Shown one piece after another: positions 30,677-42,789 of a DNA stretch of 64,000 bases. Source of the stretch: Histomonas meleagridis 2922-C6/04-290x (lineage: Eukaryota > Protista > Parabasalia). Where the stretch lies: contig JAANOX010000014.1 of the NCBI GenBank assembly GCA_020184695.1, forward strand, positions 186,001-250,000, written 5' to 3'. The notes beneath the pieces were generated by a model. It saw only the letters and a list, made by a program, of their open reading frames with translations. It was not told where the DNA came from and did not search any database. A program made the translations under genes and the position numbers. Each line of letters begins with the position of its first letter. Within the stretch, counting starts at the first letter, position 1.

Positions 30677-33007
30677 ATGTCAACACCAAAGTGCGAATAT
30701 TGTGGCTGTACTAACGAAAGTTGTCTTGCGCAGTGCGCAAAAACAGGCCTTTACTTTTGCAATGGGAAGGGCCAAACAAAATCTAGTCATATTGTTCATC
30801 ATCTTAAGACGATGAAATATGATCAAATTGTTCTCCCAGAGTCAAACAAGTTCAGAAACATCCCTTTACAATGTTTTGTTTGTGGTTCAACAAATATATT
30901 TAATTTAGGATTTTTGTTTACAAAAGATCGTAAACAAATTTACATTTCATGTCGACATCCATGCAGATTTGACTCTACACTTACTGAAAGAAATGTTGAT
31001 ACTGAAACTTTTACATCAATTATTTCTGGTGGCTATGTTAATACTATTCTTAAAATCCCGACGCCAGAGGAATATACAAAAATACCAATGAATAGGGTAA
31101 TGGCTGTTTCTGATGCCATAAGGGAAAAACTTGGAGAAACGAATGATAAAATTCAAAGAAATAATTCAACATTACTCCAAGCCAAGATACAGTACGAATC
31201 TAGGGAAGAATTTTACGAAATCATGAAACCATTCATCGAAACAGAGAAAGAAGAATCACGACAACTTGAAAATTCACAGAAATTTTCAGGAATATCATTA
31301 AAATGGGAAAGTGATACAATATGCTACTTCACTGCTACTCCAACCTTATATCGCTTACTAAGTTTAGGTATATCTCTTGGAGTTTCATGTGAAAATGTCA
31401 CAGAAACTGCGATTGTCAATGAAATCACAAAGACCAGGAAAGTCACCATTCAATTCCAATCCCAATCAATGATAAAGAATATGGGTAAGAATGTTACGAT
31501 TTCAATATTGTTCAATGAAATTCCATTCAAGCGGCAATTGGATGCATTACAAATCTTCAAGGACAAAAAGAGGTGCATGAATTCATTTATTGCAAACGTA
31601 ATTCTTGGTAATGTTGAAAACTTTAAGGAAATCAACCAAAAAGCAAAGAGGATACCCCTTGTCCAACCGAAAAACGGTTTCCCCGAACTGAACAATTCAC
31701 AAATGAAGTGCGCATCGGTGGCACTTTCGCGACGGTTTTCTTTGATTCAGGGCCCCCCGGGAACCGGTAAGACAACCGTAATAGCCGTTCTTGCTTATTC
31801 TCTCGTTCAAGCTGGAATAAAACCAGTTCTTCTTTGCACACAATCAAATGTGGCAACGGACTTCCTTACTTTACGAGTTGCACAAACAGGTCTTCAAGTT
31901 TGTCGTGTGTTATCATCAGCTCGTGAACAAGTTGATAGTGAAATCAAGCAATATACAACGAAAAACTTGGCTATTGGAAGGTTTGGAAATCCTGAAACAC
32001 CTAGTCAAATGACGAAAAATGAAATTAAGGTTGTGGCAAATTGTGATGTTGTTTGTACAACATGTGCAAGTGCTGGAGGCGCAAGGCTTTCAGGAGCAGG
32101 TAAGTTCAGTGCTGTAATTTTCGATGAAGCTGGACAATGTGTTGATCCTGATATCTTGATACCACTAGTTTATGGAGCTCAAAAAGTAATCCTTGTTGGC
32201 GACCACAAACAACTAGGTCCAATAGTTTTATCTCCCCAATGTAAGCGTGCAAGATATGATATGCCAATAATGCAAAGACTCATTCTTCAAGGTGTCTATC
32301 CATTAGTTCTTCGTTACCAATACCGAATGCATCCAGGAATTGCAGCCTTTTCATCCCAAGCATTTTATGCTAATCTTCTTGAAAACGGTATTACTGCAAA
32401 AGAAAGAACCTGGCCCAACTCGTTCCTTAAGTGGCCTAATCCTGAAGTTCCAATGTTTTTCTGGAACGTGAATTCTCAAGAAGAAATTTATGAGAACGGT
32501 TTGTCATATGTTAACCGTCACGAAGGCGGTTGTGTATCGGTTTTGCTTGATTTAATGTGGAAAAGTGGCGTCAAAGCCACAGAGATTGGTATTATCACTC
32601 CATATGCAGGGCAGCAAGCATATCTTATGGAGACATTACCAATGATGTGTTCTATTAATGATCCTAAATTTTTTGATGATCTTGAGATTGCATCAGTTGA
32701 TGCATTTCAAGGGCACGAAAAGAATTTCATCATATTAAGCAACGTCAGAGCTAACGATGCTAAAGATATTGGCTTCTTAAGGGATAAAAGAAGACTTTGC
32801 GTTTCGTTGACAAGGGCCAAATACGGGCTCATTGTGATTGGGTGTGCGAACACATACTCGGATAACCCGCTGTGGTGCAAGTACATAGAGTACTGTAAAT
32901 CAATAAATGTATTCGTTGAGGGAAAAATCAACAGTTTGACGCCTTCAACTTTCACACCGACTTACACAAGCTCGAAAGAGAATTACGAAGAAGAAGAGGA
33001 CGAATGA
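30677..33007 (+). CDS. UPF1: UPF1/NAM7-like SF1 RNA helicase (regulator of nonsense transcripts 1)
   Basis: N-terminal CH domain (CEYCG...FCNGKGQTKSSHIVHHL), plus IQGPPGTGKT, DEAGQ, LVGDHKQLGP, QYRMHP, NRHEG, VDAFQG and SLTRAKYG. Confidence 0.92.
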   Translation: MSTPKCEYCGCTNESCLAQCAKTGLYFCNGKGQTKSSHIVHHLKTMKYDQIVLPESNKFRNIPLQCFVCGSTNIFNLGFLFTKDRKQIYISCRHPCRFDSTLTERNVDTETFTSIISGGYVNTILKIPTPEEYTKIPMNRVMAVSDAIREKLGETNDKIQRNNSTLLQAKIQYESREEFYEIMKPFIETEKEESRQLENSQKFSGISLKWESDTICYFTATPTLYRLLSLGISLGVSCENVTETAIVNEITKTRKVTIQFQSQSMIKNMGKNVTISILFNEIPFKRQLDALQIFKDKKRCMNSFIANVILGNVENFKEINQKAKRIPLVQPKNGFPELNNSQMKCASVALSRRFSLIQGPPGTGKTTVIAVLAYSLVQAGIKPVLLCTQSNVATDFLTLRVAQTGLQVCRVLSSAREQVDSEIKQYTTKNLAIGRFGNPETPSQMTKNEIKVVANCDVVCTTCASAGGARLSGAGKFSAVIFDEAGQCVDPDILIPLVYGAQKVILVGDHKQLGPIVLSPQCKRARYDMPIMQRLILQGVYPLVLRYQYRMHPGIAAFSSQAFYANLLENGITAKERTWPNSFLKWPNPEVPMFFWNVNSQEEIYENGLSYVNRHEGGCVSVLLDLMWKSGVKATEIGIITPYAGQQAYLMETLPMMCSINDPKFFDDLEIASVDAFQGHEKNFIILSNVRANDAKDIGFLRDKRRLCVSLTRAKYGLIVIGCANTYSDNPLWCKYIEYCKSINVFVEGKINSLTPSTFTPTYTSSKENYEEEEDE

Positions 33008-33770
33008 ATAAACAATAAATGGTGTGAATTATTCTATGATTAAGTTAATGCTTCAAGTGAAGTACTTTTCAACTCTGGAACGTGTGTACTCACTACAATA
33101 TAAAATTTATGGAGTAGAAAACAAATTGGACAATTTCCATGGAAAATCTCCAGATTATTTTCAACCATTGGAGTTTAAACTCTGCTTCTAAATTGAAAAA
33201 GATTATTGATATGTAATTTATCATTTTTAAAATTTATTGTATTTGATATACATTTTAATTAAAATGTATGTTAAAAATATTATATCATTTGCTGTATTCA
33301 ATATAAATTTATCTTCAATTTCGATATCTTTATTATTTGATATTGTGGAACTTGGAGTTACATTAGAACATTTTTCATCCATTCATTTATTTTGAGATAT
33401 CAACATAGACTGCAATTTCTTTAAGCATTATTCTTAACATTAAAATCAATTCCTTTTAAAGAAGTAACCATTAAACCAGTAAACAAAACTGAATTTATAA
33501 TAAGATATATCTTTTATGATAATATGAGTAAAATTTATCGCAACAATCATATTATTTAATTGAGATGATGATTGCACGAATTTTAATTGATTCAAATATT
33601 CCTAAAAATATCTTGCCATTATTCCTGAAGTCTGGATGTCTTTGAATTACTTCTTTAAAATCTGATTTAATACTATTAATTTGTGATGTTTTTTGATAAA
33701 AAATGATATATAATTTCAAAAGATAATATGTTTGTCAAGTATGAATTAAAAGCAAAATTCATTAAATTTA

Positions 33771-34250
33771 TTAAAACTTTGAAACATAGCTGATTCCCTT
33801 TCCTGTGAAAGAGTTGTCACCTTTAAGGAGAACTCGAGATGCAACAACGTTTGGATCACCCTCAAAAACAAATCCTTGGTCAATTGTTTCATCTATAATG
33901 AAGTATAAGTACTCAATTTGTTGTATCACAGAGTTAGAGTCTGGAATCTTGTAAACTAGGTTCATAGCAGCAGAGATTGTATCTAACAAAGCTTCAAATA
34001 TCAGTTCATTTGTTTTAAGACTTCCAATCAAACATATCACAATATCTTCGTTTTGCTTAAAAGAAACTATGAAATCTTCGTATGTGAAAACTTCTGACAT
34101 TTCGTTCTCTTGAACTTTTTCCATTATTGCAGATTCAAAATCGCTTCTCTTCGCCTCGCTTATCAACGAGTCATAGTAGTGCGAAGCAATTTTGGTGTTC
34201 CTGGTAAAAAACATAATTGAGGATACTTTTGTCAAATCATCCCAACCCAT
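33771..34250 (-). CDS. Coatomer zeta subunit (clathrin adaptor small-chain/longin family)
   Basis: NELIF..LLD...IDETIDQGFVFEGDPNVVASRV matches zeta-COP; ATG at 34250. Confidence 0.8.
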   Translation of the reverse strand: MGWDDLTKVSSIMFFTRNTKIASHYYDSLISEAKRSDFESAIMEKVQENEMSEVFTYEDFIVSFKQNEDIVICLIGSLKTNELIFEALLDTISAAMNLVYKIPDSNSVIQQIEYLYFIIDETIDQGFVFEGDPNVVASRVLLKGDNSFTGKGISYVSKF

Positions 34251-34805
34251 TTTGGGCAATGCCACAAAAGTGACACATTATTTGGCTTGTTAACCATCGA
34301 AAACCGTTAAAAAGTGAATAACTGTTCGTTTATCACTTTTTCATCAAAATTTGATCGTTCCTCTTACAACGAGCTTGTTGTGCAGGGATAATAAAAAAGT
34401 TCAATGTATTCTAACTGATTTCAGTTTCTTTCAATTAATTCGTATAAAGGATAAACTTGTAAAAATTGGAGGAAATTTTTCGTGAGGAGAGAATAAATTT
34501 TAATTATTAAAAAAAGTGATTTTCGAATATTGCTTTGAAAGAATACATTATGTTTTATTAAAACTGGATTTAAAAAAATCTAAACAACATTTTACAGCTA
34601 TTTCACATGCACCTAAAAATCTTATGTAAATGAAAAATTCAACAATTTTTAATATTAAATTTTATTAAAGCTTTAACTTTGAGTTCTGATTAAAAACATT
34701 ACAAAAAAAGAAAATAAACAATGTATAGCTAATCAATCCTTTCGATTATACACTAAGTAAAAAATTCATTTTGATCTAGCTCCAATTTCACATCACATTT
34801 CAGAT

Positions 34806-35657
34806 ATGGAGGAAAATCAAGTAAAATTTTTTCTTCCAAACCCAAAATTAAATAAAACCAATCAAACCAACAATTTACATAATGACAACAAATCTACTTA
34901 TGAACAATTACATGAAAATGCACTTGCATCAAGTTATTTCCATCAGCCAATTCCAAAAAATCAAGTTTCACAGGCGTACTTAAAAGAATATAATGCTAGT
35001 ATTGCATTTTTCATGTCAAATATGAAAAATGATAGGTTTGACTTATTATCACCACCATCAAATCTATTTGAAAATTATCCCTTTGGATTTTCTGTAAATT
35101 TTTTTAATGAAAATTTCACCATAACTGGGGGTTCCAAACAAAATACTATTGTATTAAATTATAAATCAAACATAATTCCAATAATTGAATCACTCGAAAC
35201 AGGTAAAATCAATCCTGAGTTATACTTTACTATCCGCAGGGTGGTCGACTTTTGGGGGGAAGGACGTGTTCTATGCAAAATTACAGATTTTAGATTTCCA
35301 AACGAATTAACATATTTCCAAGTTCTTTCCATGACACAAGAAGTTACCAATCTCTTGCTTGCCAAATCGAAGACTCGTTCCAAGATCGATCTTCTCGAAG
35401 CCGAGAGACAAATTATGCTTATGCAACATCAGGAAATTTGCACAGATCCATCACCAAACGTTGCTCGATCCCAGAGCATAATGGATTGGCGAAAGAAAAC
35501 GTGGAGAAATCCAAACGAAATCCAAGCAGAGAAATTCATTACCCAAACGCATCAAGTGAAACCTAATGAATTATCTGATAAAATTGTTTTGCACCCACTG
35601 AAGGAAACAATCCACATTCCAGACGCCATATTGAGGACATTTTCATCCATAAGCTAG
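34806..35657 (+). CDS. Spt20-like (SAGA) domain protein
   Basis: FSVNFF..., IIESLETGKINPEL, FWGEGRVLCKITDFR and EICTDPSP resemble the Spt20 SEP domain pattern. Recognised by motif resemblance only. Confidence 0.55.
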   Translation: MEENQVKFFLPNPKLNKTNQTNNLHNDNKSTYEQLHENALASSYFHQPIPKNQVSQAYLKEYNASIAFFMSNMKNDRFDLLSPPSNLFENYPFGFSVNFFNENFTITGGSKQNTIVLNYKSNIIPIIESLETGKINPELYFTIRRVVDFWGEGRVLCKITDFRFPNELTYFQVLSMTQEVTNLLLAKSKTRSKIDLLEAERQIMLMQHQEICTDPSPNVARSQSIMDWRKKTWRNPNEIQAEKFITQTHQVKPNELSDKIVLHPLKETIHIPDAILRTFSSIS

Positions 35658-36082
35658 TGATTTGTCCGATAGAATTTTCTATAAACGATAGATATATTTT
35701 GAATATAAAAATCGGTTTGAATTCAATTTTAATTTTCATTTTTTGGGTGTTTTTTGTAATTAAATCATTTTATCTACAAAATATAAAAACCTTCAACAAT
35801 ACATAAAAATCGATATTTTGGTCTAATATATTTTCTAGCATAAATGTATTCGAAGAATTTGTAATAAAAGTTGTTGAGTTTAGTTTGATGAAGTATTGGT
35901 TTTTTATAAACTAATTCAAAATATACGATTCAATATATAAGGTTTGAACATCGAAAACATTGGGAACAAAAAGTTTCTGAAAAACTTTTTATTTCTATAT
36001 TTAAAGTTATGAAAACTGTTCAATAAAGCAACTCCAAAGTTTTATATCACATTAATTTATAAACTCAAGTTATCCTTTACCA

Positions 36083-36619
36083 ATGAAAAGAGTTCGTGTG
36101 AAATTTTTGCCGCATGAAGATTCTAAGTTACGAGCTCTTGTAGCAGAGTATGGAGAAGGTCAATGGAAAAAAGTTGCTGATAAAATGCCAAATCGAAATC
36201 CTAGACAATGCAGAGAAAGATGGAAACATTATATATGTAGTGACACAGCAAAAGAACCTTGGAAACCAGAAGAAGACATTTTATTATATCATATGGTGAA
36301 GGAACTTGGGTTTAAATGGACAAAAATATCAAAATATCTTCCTGGGAGAACAGATATTCAAGTGAAATCACGGTGGATGAAAAAATTCCAAAATATTGGA
36401 AAGAAAAATAATATTAATATTAATATGAATCAAATACAATTTACTCAGGAAAAAATAGTCAAAAATTATATACAAGAAAGTCCAAAATTAAACAACAGAT
36501 CAAAAACTAATCCAATCGAAACAGAAATCGAATTGTATTGTAAACAAATGGAAGATTTTAAATTTGATACATTTATGAACAATGAAAACGATCCATTTAT
36601 GGAATATTTTCTTTTTTAA
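36083..36619 (+). CDS. R2R3 Myb-domain transcription factor
   Basis: F.PHED.KL...V..YG..QW..VA..MPNRNPRQCRERW...PW.PEED..L......G.KW..I...LPGRTD..VK.RW. Confidence 0.95.
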   Translation: MKRVRVKFLPHEDSKLRALVAEYGEGQWKKVADKMPNRNPRQCRERWKHYICSDTAKEPWKPEEDILLYHMVKELGFKWTKISKYLPGRTDIQVKSRWMKKFQNIGKKNNININMNQIQFTQEKIVKNYIQESPKLNNRSKTNPIETEIELYCKQMEDFKFDTFMNNENDPFMEYFLF

Positions 36620-36903
36620 TTGGGATTTATAATAAACTCATTTTGATCTGAATTATATTTTGTGAATAATGACATTAATTTTTGTTGGAATTCGGAATTA
36701 AAGATAAAGTGTAAAACACAAGCAACGTACAAAAACCAAGTGTAAAAGAATTATCAACTTATATTAATTTTGGTTTTAAATCTTTGAGTAAGCGAAAACA
36801 CTTTGGATAAAATCTTACTTAGATTGATCTAAATCAATTAATATAAATATGTTCAAAAGGAGCTTGAAGAATACATAGTTAATGATTAGTATTTTGTAAT
36901 TGA

Positions 36904-37605
36904 ATGTATATAAATAGTGGATATAAAGGTTCTTTATTTTGGAGAATTTCAATTTTTTTGATTTTGAATTTAACGTATTTGAAAAGTGTCAAGATGTTTC
37001 TGCTCAATGTTTTCTTCTTCAGAACACAATCAAAAAAATTAATTGAGCAAACTCCACATCTAAACATAACTGCAATACAAGCATTAAATACAATTTTGCG
37101 AAATATTAGTTCTATTAAAGAATCAATTAATAAAGATCAAGCAAAACTATATCTTAAAGAGCTTGAAAAATACAACATTACGAAAAAGAGTATGAACAGA
37201 AAGTTCTATAAAGTCGTACTTGATTCATCTGTTCCTCAAGAAGATGATATTGCATATTCTTCACCATTTCCAGATGACTTTGATATAAACGATATTCGAA
37301 TCATTAGCACTAAGAGCTTTAACAAGTACACAAATGTTATTTACAAATTTTCAGATAAAGTCAAATTATCTGGTTTTCAAATTGAGCAAGTTCCAAACGA
37401 GATCACAAAATACTGCCCAACACCGAAATCTATTAAGCTAAAAATTAGTGTTGATGAGGAAGATGTAGAGATTGATGTTAAACCAGGAAAGAAAATTGAT
37501 TTAAGCGATTCAGACGAAATGAAAAAAATAGTTCTCATGCTTGAGAATAATCCTAACAACAAGTTTCTTTGTTTTGGAAAGACTATAATAAATTATACTG
37601 AATAA
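36904..37605 (+). CDS. Hypothetical protein
   Basis: 233-aa ORF with higher sequence complexity than its flanks; true start uncertain. Confidence 0.55.
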   Translation: MYINSGYKGSLFWRISIFLILNLTYLKSVKMFLLNVFFFRTQSKKLIEQTPHLNITAIQALNTILRNISSIKESINKDQAKLYLKELEKYNITKKSMNRKFYKVVLDSSVPQEDDIAYSSPFPDDFDINDIRIISTKSFNKYTNVIYKFSDKVKLSGFQIEQVPNEITKYCPTPKSIKLKISVDEEDVEIDVKPGKKIDLSDSDEMKKIVLMLENNPNNKFLCFGKTIINYTE

Positions 37606-38102
37606 TTAATTCTTCAAATGTTTTTTTCCTGAAATCTGGATTTTGCGATACTTTCCATTAAATTGACTTGTTCATGGAACATATGGTGAAAATAGCATGA
37701 AATTGTATAATAAACATAAAAAAAAAAAATTTGACAATTATGGGTTGTAAAAACATTAAATTAAAATATGCAGATTACCTAACAGATAAAATTTGTGGTG
37801 AATATTATATAGAGTTTGCAAAATAATGTTTCAGCGAAATTGATTTATTGAAATCATTAATTTAATAAGTCAATCTAATTATAAATTGCAAACAAGAATT
37901 TGTTTTTGCTGGTTTATCCTTTCAATTAAATAAATTCTATATGATCATGAATATAATGACAAATCAATATTTTTTACTAAGTAAAATATTATTAGTTGGA
38001 GTGATGTAAGTTATTTTGTATGGATAAAACATTGATTAATTTTTTTAAAAAATGTGTTTCAAGTTTCGTGAGAGAGTATTAACGTATTTTTTTAGGATTA
38101 AA

Positions 38103-38897
38103 ATGAATTTTTCCCAGGATATGTATGACTCTCCACAAATTTCAAGCAGACGAAGTAAATCTAGAAACTTTAATAGAACAAATTTAGCAATGTCTGTATC
38201 TCAAAAACGTCCAATTACAAAAGAAGATATCATCGAACTCAAACTTGAAAAGCAAAAATTACTTGATGAAAGAACTCAATTAAAAGCAAAGATTGCACGA
38301 TTAGAAATTCAGAGCAAACGATCTACTCGAATAGCTAATGTCAATCCACAATTATTAACACAGTTAGACAAAGAATATAAAGCAATTGAAAACCAAGTGC
38401 AGCGCCAACGGACTCAACTCAATTCTCTTTTATCTTCCGATAATGCAGCTCAGCGTCAAGAACTTCAAGAAGAATCAAAAATCTTATATCAAGAACGAAT
38501 TCGACTTCAAGAACTTCAACTTCAGCAACAGATCACTTTAAATGAAGCCAAAAGCGAACTTAAGCGATTAATGGCTTTGGATGGACCAGAAGTTCTTGAG
38601 AAGCAAGAGAAAAAAATCAAAATATTGGAAGAAAAAATAAAAAAATACAAAATTGCAAACCACAAATTATCGGCAAAAGTAAAGAATTTGAAAGAACAAA
38701 GAGCACTCGAAGAAGAGTCGCAAAAGGTTTCGTATGAAAGTCGTGTAGCAAAATTAAAGGCACAAATTAAAAGAGTTGAAAAAGCTACAGAAGAAGTCGA
38801 AGATAAAATAACAGAATCAATAGAAAAGCATCAAAGCGTAATGAACGAGCTGAAGGTTTCTCTTCTACAAAAAGAAATCAAGGATTATAAAGAATAA
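38103..38897 (+). CDS. Coiled-coil hypothetical protein
   Basis: Continuous heptad-rich ORF; likely start MNFSQD at 38103 (upstream ATG at 38052). Confidence 0.75.
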   Translation: MNFSQDMYDSPQISSRRSKSRNFNRTNLAMSVSQKRPITKEDIIELKLEKQKLLDERTQLKAKIARLEIQSKRSTRIANVNPQLLTQLDKEYKAIENQVQRQRTQLNSLLSSDNAAQRQELQEESKILYQERIRLQELQLQQQITLNEAKSELKRLMALDGPEVLEKQEKKIKILEEKIKKYKIANHKLSAKVKNLKEQRALEEESQKVSYESRVAKLKAQIKRVEKATEEVEDKITESIEKHQSVMNELKVSLLQKEIKDYKE

Positions 38898-39138
38898 AAT
38901 ATGTTTATTATGTAATTCGAAAATTTTTTTCACGGTAATTGTAATGTAAAATTTAGTTTTTCCGATTTAAACATATTGCATTTAAAAAAAATTGAAATTT
39001 AAACATATAACAGAATAGATATTGCCTTGGGATTGGCGCTCAAATGAATAACAAGTAAATGATAATAAAGCTTTGTAGTTGCTGTTTTAATTATATAAAT
39101 TTATATGATGCACGTTTATTAATTCGTTTAAAATTGAA

Positions 39139-42100
39139 ATGAAAACAAGCAAAAAACTAGAAAACAGTGAAGAACAAAATTCTTCTTTGATCATTACAAA
39201 GCTCTACAATAAAAGGAAAAAAGTTTTCATTCAATCTCTTCAAAACATTTTGCAACAAATCACAAATGATAAGATCGTTTATCAAATGTTACAAAATAAA
39301 ATATCAGGCCAGCTTATTACAAAGAGAATTGATGAAATATTTTTAAAAATTAGCCATGATGATCGTGAAGCATTTATTGATACATTAATTCAAAAATTGT
39401 CAATATATGAAAATATATTTGATTCTGGCAAAGTAGAATTGCTTAAAAACGTGGGTAAAAAGATACTCGCGCTTTCTAACTCACAAACTACAAATGAAAT
39501 GATACAATTTCATCAATCAAAATTACTTTCAGAGCAATTAGAAACACTTCGAAGTGAAGCAGAATCACTTAAGAAAGAAAACACTAATCTTCATGCCCTT
39601 GTTTCTCAATTTACTAAACTTGGAGTTGATGAAGATCCAAATTCATCTACATTTCATCATGTTTTTCAAAGAGTTGACTTAACAAGTCTTCATCGCAACA
39701 TCGAATTCATTTCGGATGACATGTCTCTTGCAAGGGAAAATGTTAAATATTTGATTTCTAAAATGATGAATTGTTTATCTGAACTAAAGAACAAATCCCA
39801 ACTTAAAATAATCGAACACTCGAATGTAATTTCAAAGCTTCAAAAACAAATCCAACAAAAAGAAGAAGCAATTGAAAACGTCAAAAATTATTATGAAAAT
39901 GAAATAATTCCACAAAAATTTAATGAATTTAACAAAACAATCGAAAAATATAATTTGAAGCAACAAACTAACAAAAACAAAATTAAAATGCTTCAAAATC
40001 AATTAGAAAATAATTTCGAAAAACAAAAGCAAATGACACAACAAACAAAAACTTTAATGGAACAAAAATCAAATTTCGAAAAGACAAATTTTGATTTAAT
40101 ATCCGAAAACAACAAATTAAAAAATCATTTAAAAGAGAAAACAAATTCATTTGAGCAGGTTAAAAATGAAAATGAGAAAATGTTAAATGATAATTCACAA
40201 AAAATATTAAATTTACAAAACGAATTAGAAAAAACAAAAAATGAAAAAGAAAATTTCATTAAAGAATTACAAGAAATGAAATATTCACTTGAAATAAAAG
40301 ATGAAACAATAAAAAAATATGAACTACAAAATGATAAAATCAAAATCGAATTCGAAAATAACCAAAAAGAAACAAATTCTCTTTTAGAGAATATGAAACA
40401 AAAAGTAAATGAAATAAAAACATTAAAAAATGAATTAAATGAATCAAATATAAAAATAAAATCACTTGAAAACGATTTAACAATAACAAATGATAAAATT
40501 GATAATATAACAAAAGAAAATGCAACAGAAAATACAAAATTAAAATCAAAAATTTTAAATGTAAAAAGTGAAATACAAAAACGAAATTTATTAATCAAAA
40601 AAATCATAAAAGAAAAAGATGACTTACAACAACAAAACGAAGAACAAAGCGAAAGAATTAATACATATGATAAAGAAATCAAAAGAATTAATTCAATCAA
40701 TGAAAACCTTAAAGTTAAACTTGAAACAATTACAAAGGAAAAAATTGAAGTTGAAGAAACTCAAAATAATTATAAAAATAAAATCGAAATATTAAAACAA
40801 GAAATAAATGATCATTCATTACGTAATAATTCTTTAACAGAAGAAATCGAAAAACTTAAAGAAAATCTTCAAAAAGTAAATTCGAATGAGCAATCAAAAA
40901 CACAAATTATTAATCAACTTACAAATGATTTGGAAAAAAATCAAAAAAATATTAATCAAACACAAAATGAAATTCAAAATATAACAAAAGAAAATGAAGA
41001 ACTAAAAGCAAATAATTCAAAGCTTTTAAATGATTTAAATATTCTGCAAAATAAATTTAATAATTTGAAAGAAGATTTTCAAAATGAAATTAGAAAAAAG
41101 GAAAACATTACTAAAGAATTAAATAATTTGAAGAATGAATTAGAAACTACACAAAGTGAAAAGGAAAACATTACTAAAGAATTAAATGATTTGAAAGAAG
41201 AAATGAAAAATGAAACAAATACAAAAGAAAATGTTAACAAAGAATTAAATAATGTAAAAGAAAAATTACAAACTGAAATAAGTGACAAAGAAAATGTTAA
41301 CAAAGAATTAAATAAGTTGAAAAGTGAATTACAGAATGCGATAAATGCAAATGAACAACTTAAGCACGAAAATTCTCAATTAAAACAAAATGAAATTCAA
41401 CTCAAAAATGAAATCGAATCGACAAATCTTCAAATAAACAAAATGCAAACAAATAAAAGCGAACAATTGAAGTTAATTGAAGAGCTCAAACTAAATATTA
41501 TCCGAAAGCAAAAAGAGTTCGAATCCGAAATAAGTTCAATGAGTCTTACATTAAATAACTCGTCATTAAATAACAACGAACTTCAAAATGAGTTAACTCA
41601 AGTTAAAAATGATTTAGAACAAACTAAAATCAAATTTAATAAAGAAAATAATGAAAACAATGAAAACAAAAAATTAATTAACGATATGAATCAAGAAAAC
41701 GAAAAACTTAAAAACAAACTTCTTAAATATGAAAATTTACTTCAAAGCCAAACAACAAAACAAGAAAATATTATTATAAATCTTAATCAAGAAAAGGATA
41801 AACTTAAAAACCAATTACAAGAACAACTTAATCATTATGAAAATATAATAAAATCACTTAAATTACTCTCTAAAAATCCAATAAAAAATGACGAAAATTT
41901 AATTGATTTTATTAAACAAAATAATAATAAACTTAATTTAATATCAGAAATTTTACAAATTAATTTCGATAATGAGAATTTTAGTTCTGATATTAAAGAA
42001 ATAAATGAAAAATCAAAAGCTTTCGAAGAAGCAATGAATATAATTCAAATAAAATCAATAAAAGAATTTCTTCAATATATGAAAACATTAAAAACAGAAC

Positions 42101-42789
42101 AAAAACAAATTAATGAAATCATTGGCCAACAATTTGATTCACTTCCTGAAATTGTTTCAGATTTATTTAATGATAAAATTACACTTAAAGATAAACTTAA
42201 TGAATCATCACAATTCATAAGTAAAATATTAGGAATAATTACAACAAATAAATTCTCAACAATTTCATTTCCGATTTCAAATGAAATCCAACAAAATATA
42301 ATTGAAATTATTACCAAATATAAACAAAAGTCAGAAAATGATCATAATAACATCGAATTAATTATACAGAAATCAAAATTAATTGGTTACAAAGGAAATA
42401 GTTTTGATGAAGCATTAAAATTCATTGATAATAAAAATGAAAATGAAGTTATGAAACTAAAAAAGAAAATTCAAGAATTAAGAAAAGTTATCGCATTACA
42501 ACAAAATGAAACATCGAAAAGAGAAGACGAATTAAATAATCAAATTAACGATTACGAGAAAAAGATTAAAGAGTTAAACGAAGACTTAAAAACTGAAAGA
42601 AAAGTTCGAGAAGAATTGGGAAGAATCGGAGCGGGTTATTCCGCAAATAGTAAATACTTAAGATCAAAATTGTCCGAAAACGAAATGAGATTAATTGAGT
42701 TCGTGGAAAAAATGTTGTTGCAAGAAAAGCAGACAAAAGAATTACATGAACAACAGAAGAAAAATAGAGAAGAATTGCTCGGGAATTAG
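39139..42789 (+). CDS. Long coiled-coil protein (1216 aa)
   Basis: Very long open frame dominated by K/E/N/Q heptads. Confidence 0.85.
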   Translation: MKTSKKLENSEEQNSSLIITKLYNKRKKVFIQSLQNILQQITNDKIVYQMLQNKISGQLITKRIDEIFLKISHDDREAFIDTLIQKLSIYENIFDSGKVELLKNVGKKILALSNSQTTNEMIQFHQSKLLSEQLETLRSEAESLKKENTNLHALVSQFTKLGVDEDPNSSTFHHVFQRVDLTSLHRNIEFISDDMSLARENVKYLISKMMNCLSELKNKSQLKIIEHSNVISKLQKQIQQKEEAIENVKNYYENEIIPQKFNEFNKTIEKYNLKQQTNKNKIKMLQNQLENNFEKQKQMTQQTKTLMEQKSNFEKTNFDLISENNKLKNHLKEKTNSFEQVKNENEKMLNDNSQKILNLQNELEKTKNEKENFIKELQEMKYSLEIKDETIKKYELQNDKIKIEFENNQKETNSLLENMKQKVNEIKTLKNELNESNIKIKSLENDLTITNDKIDNITKENATENTKLKSKILNVKSEIQKRNLLIKKIIKEKDDLQQQNEEQSERINTYDKEIKRINSINENLKVKLETITKEKIEVEETQNNYKNKIEILKQEINDHSLRNNSLTEEIEKLKENLQKVNSNEQSKTQIINQLTNDLEKNQKNINQTQNEIQNITKENEELKANNSKLLNDLNILQNKFNNLKEDFQNEIRKKENITKELNNLKNELETTQSEKENITKELNDLKEEMKNETNTKENVNKELNNVKEKLQTEISDKENVNKELNKLKSELQNAINANEQLKHENSQLKQNEIQLKNEIESTNLQINKMQTNKSEQLKLIEELKLNIIRKQKEFESEISSMSLTLNNSSLNNNELQNELTQVKNDLEQTKIKFNKENNENNENKKLINDMNQENEKLKNKLLKYENLLQSQTTKQENIIINLNQEKDKLKNQLQEQLNHYENIIKSLKLLSKNPIKNDENLIDFIKQNNNKLNLISEILQINFDNENFSSDIKEINEKSKAFEEAMNIIQIKSIKEFLQYMKTLKTEQKQINEIIGQQFDSLPEIVSDLFNDKITLKDKLNESSQFISKILGIITTNKFSTISFPISNEIQQNIIEIITKYKQKSENDHNNIELIIQKSKLIGYKGNSFDEALKFIDNKNENEVMKLKKKIQELRKVIALQQNETSKREDELNNQINDYEKKIKELNEDLKTERKVREELGRIGAGYSANSKYLRSKLSENEMRLIEFVEKMLLQEKQTKELHEQQKKNREELLGN
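41098..41349 (+). repeat. Four 63-nt coding tandem repeats (KENITKELNNLK...)
   Basis: Units start at 41098, 41161, 41224 and 41287, each beginning AARGAAAAY(A/G)TTA. Confidence 0.9.

Noticed and set aside
40125-42317. Minus-strand hydrophobic ORFs (40125-40700, 40340-40549, 41079-41303, 42072-42317)
   Set aside because: These are antisense shadows of the K/E/N-rich coiled-coil gene.
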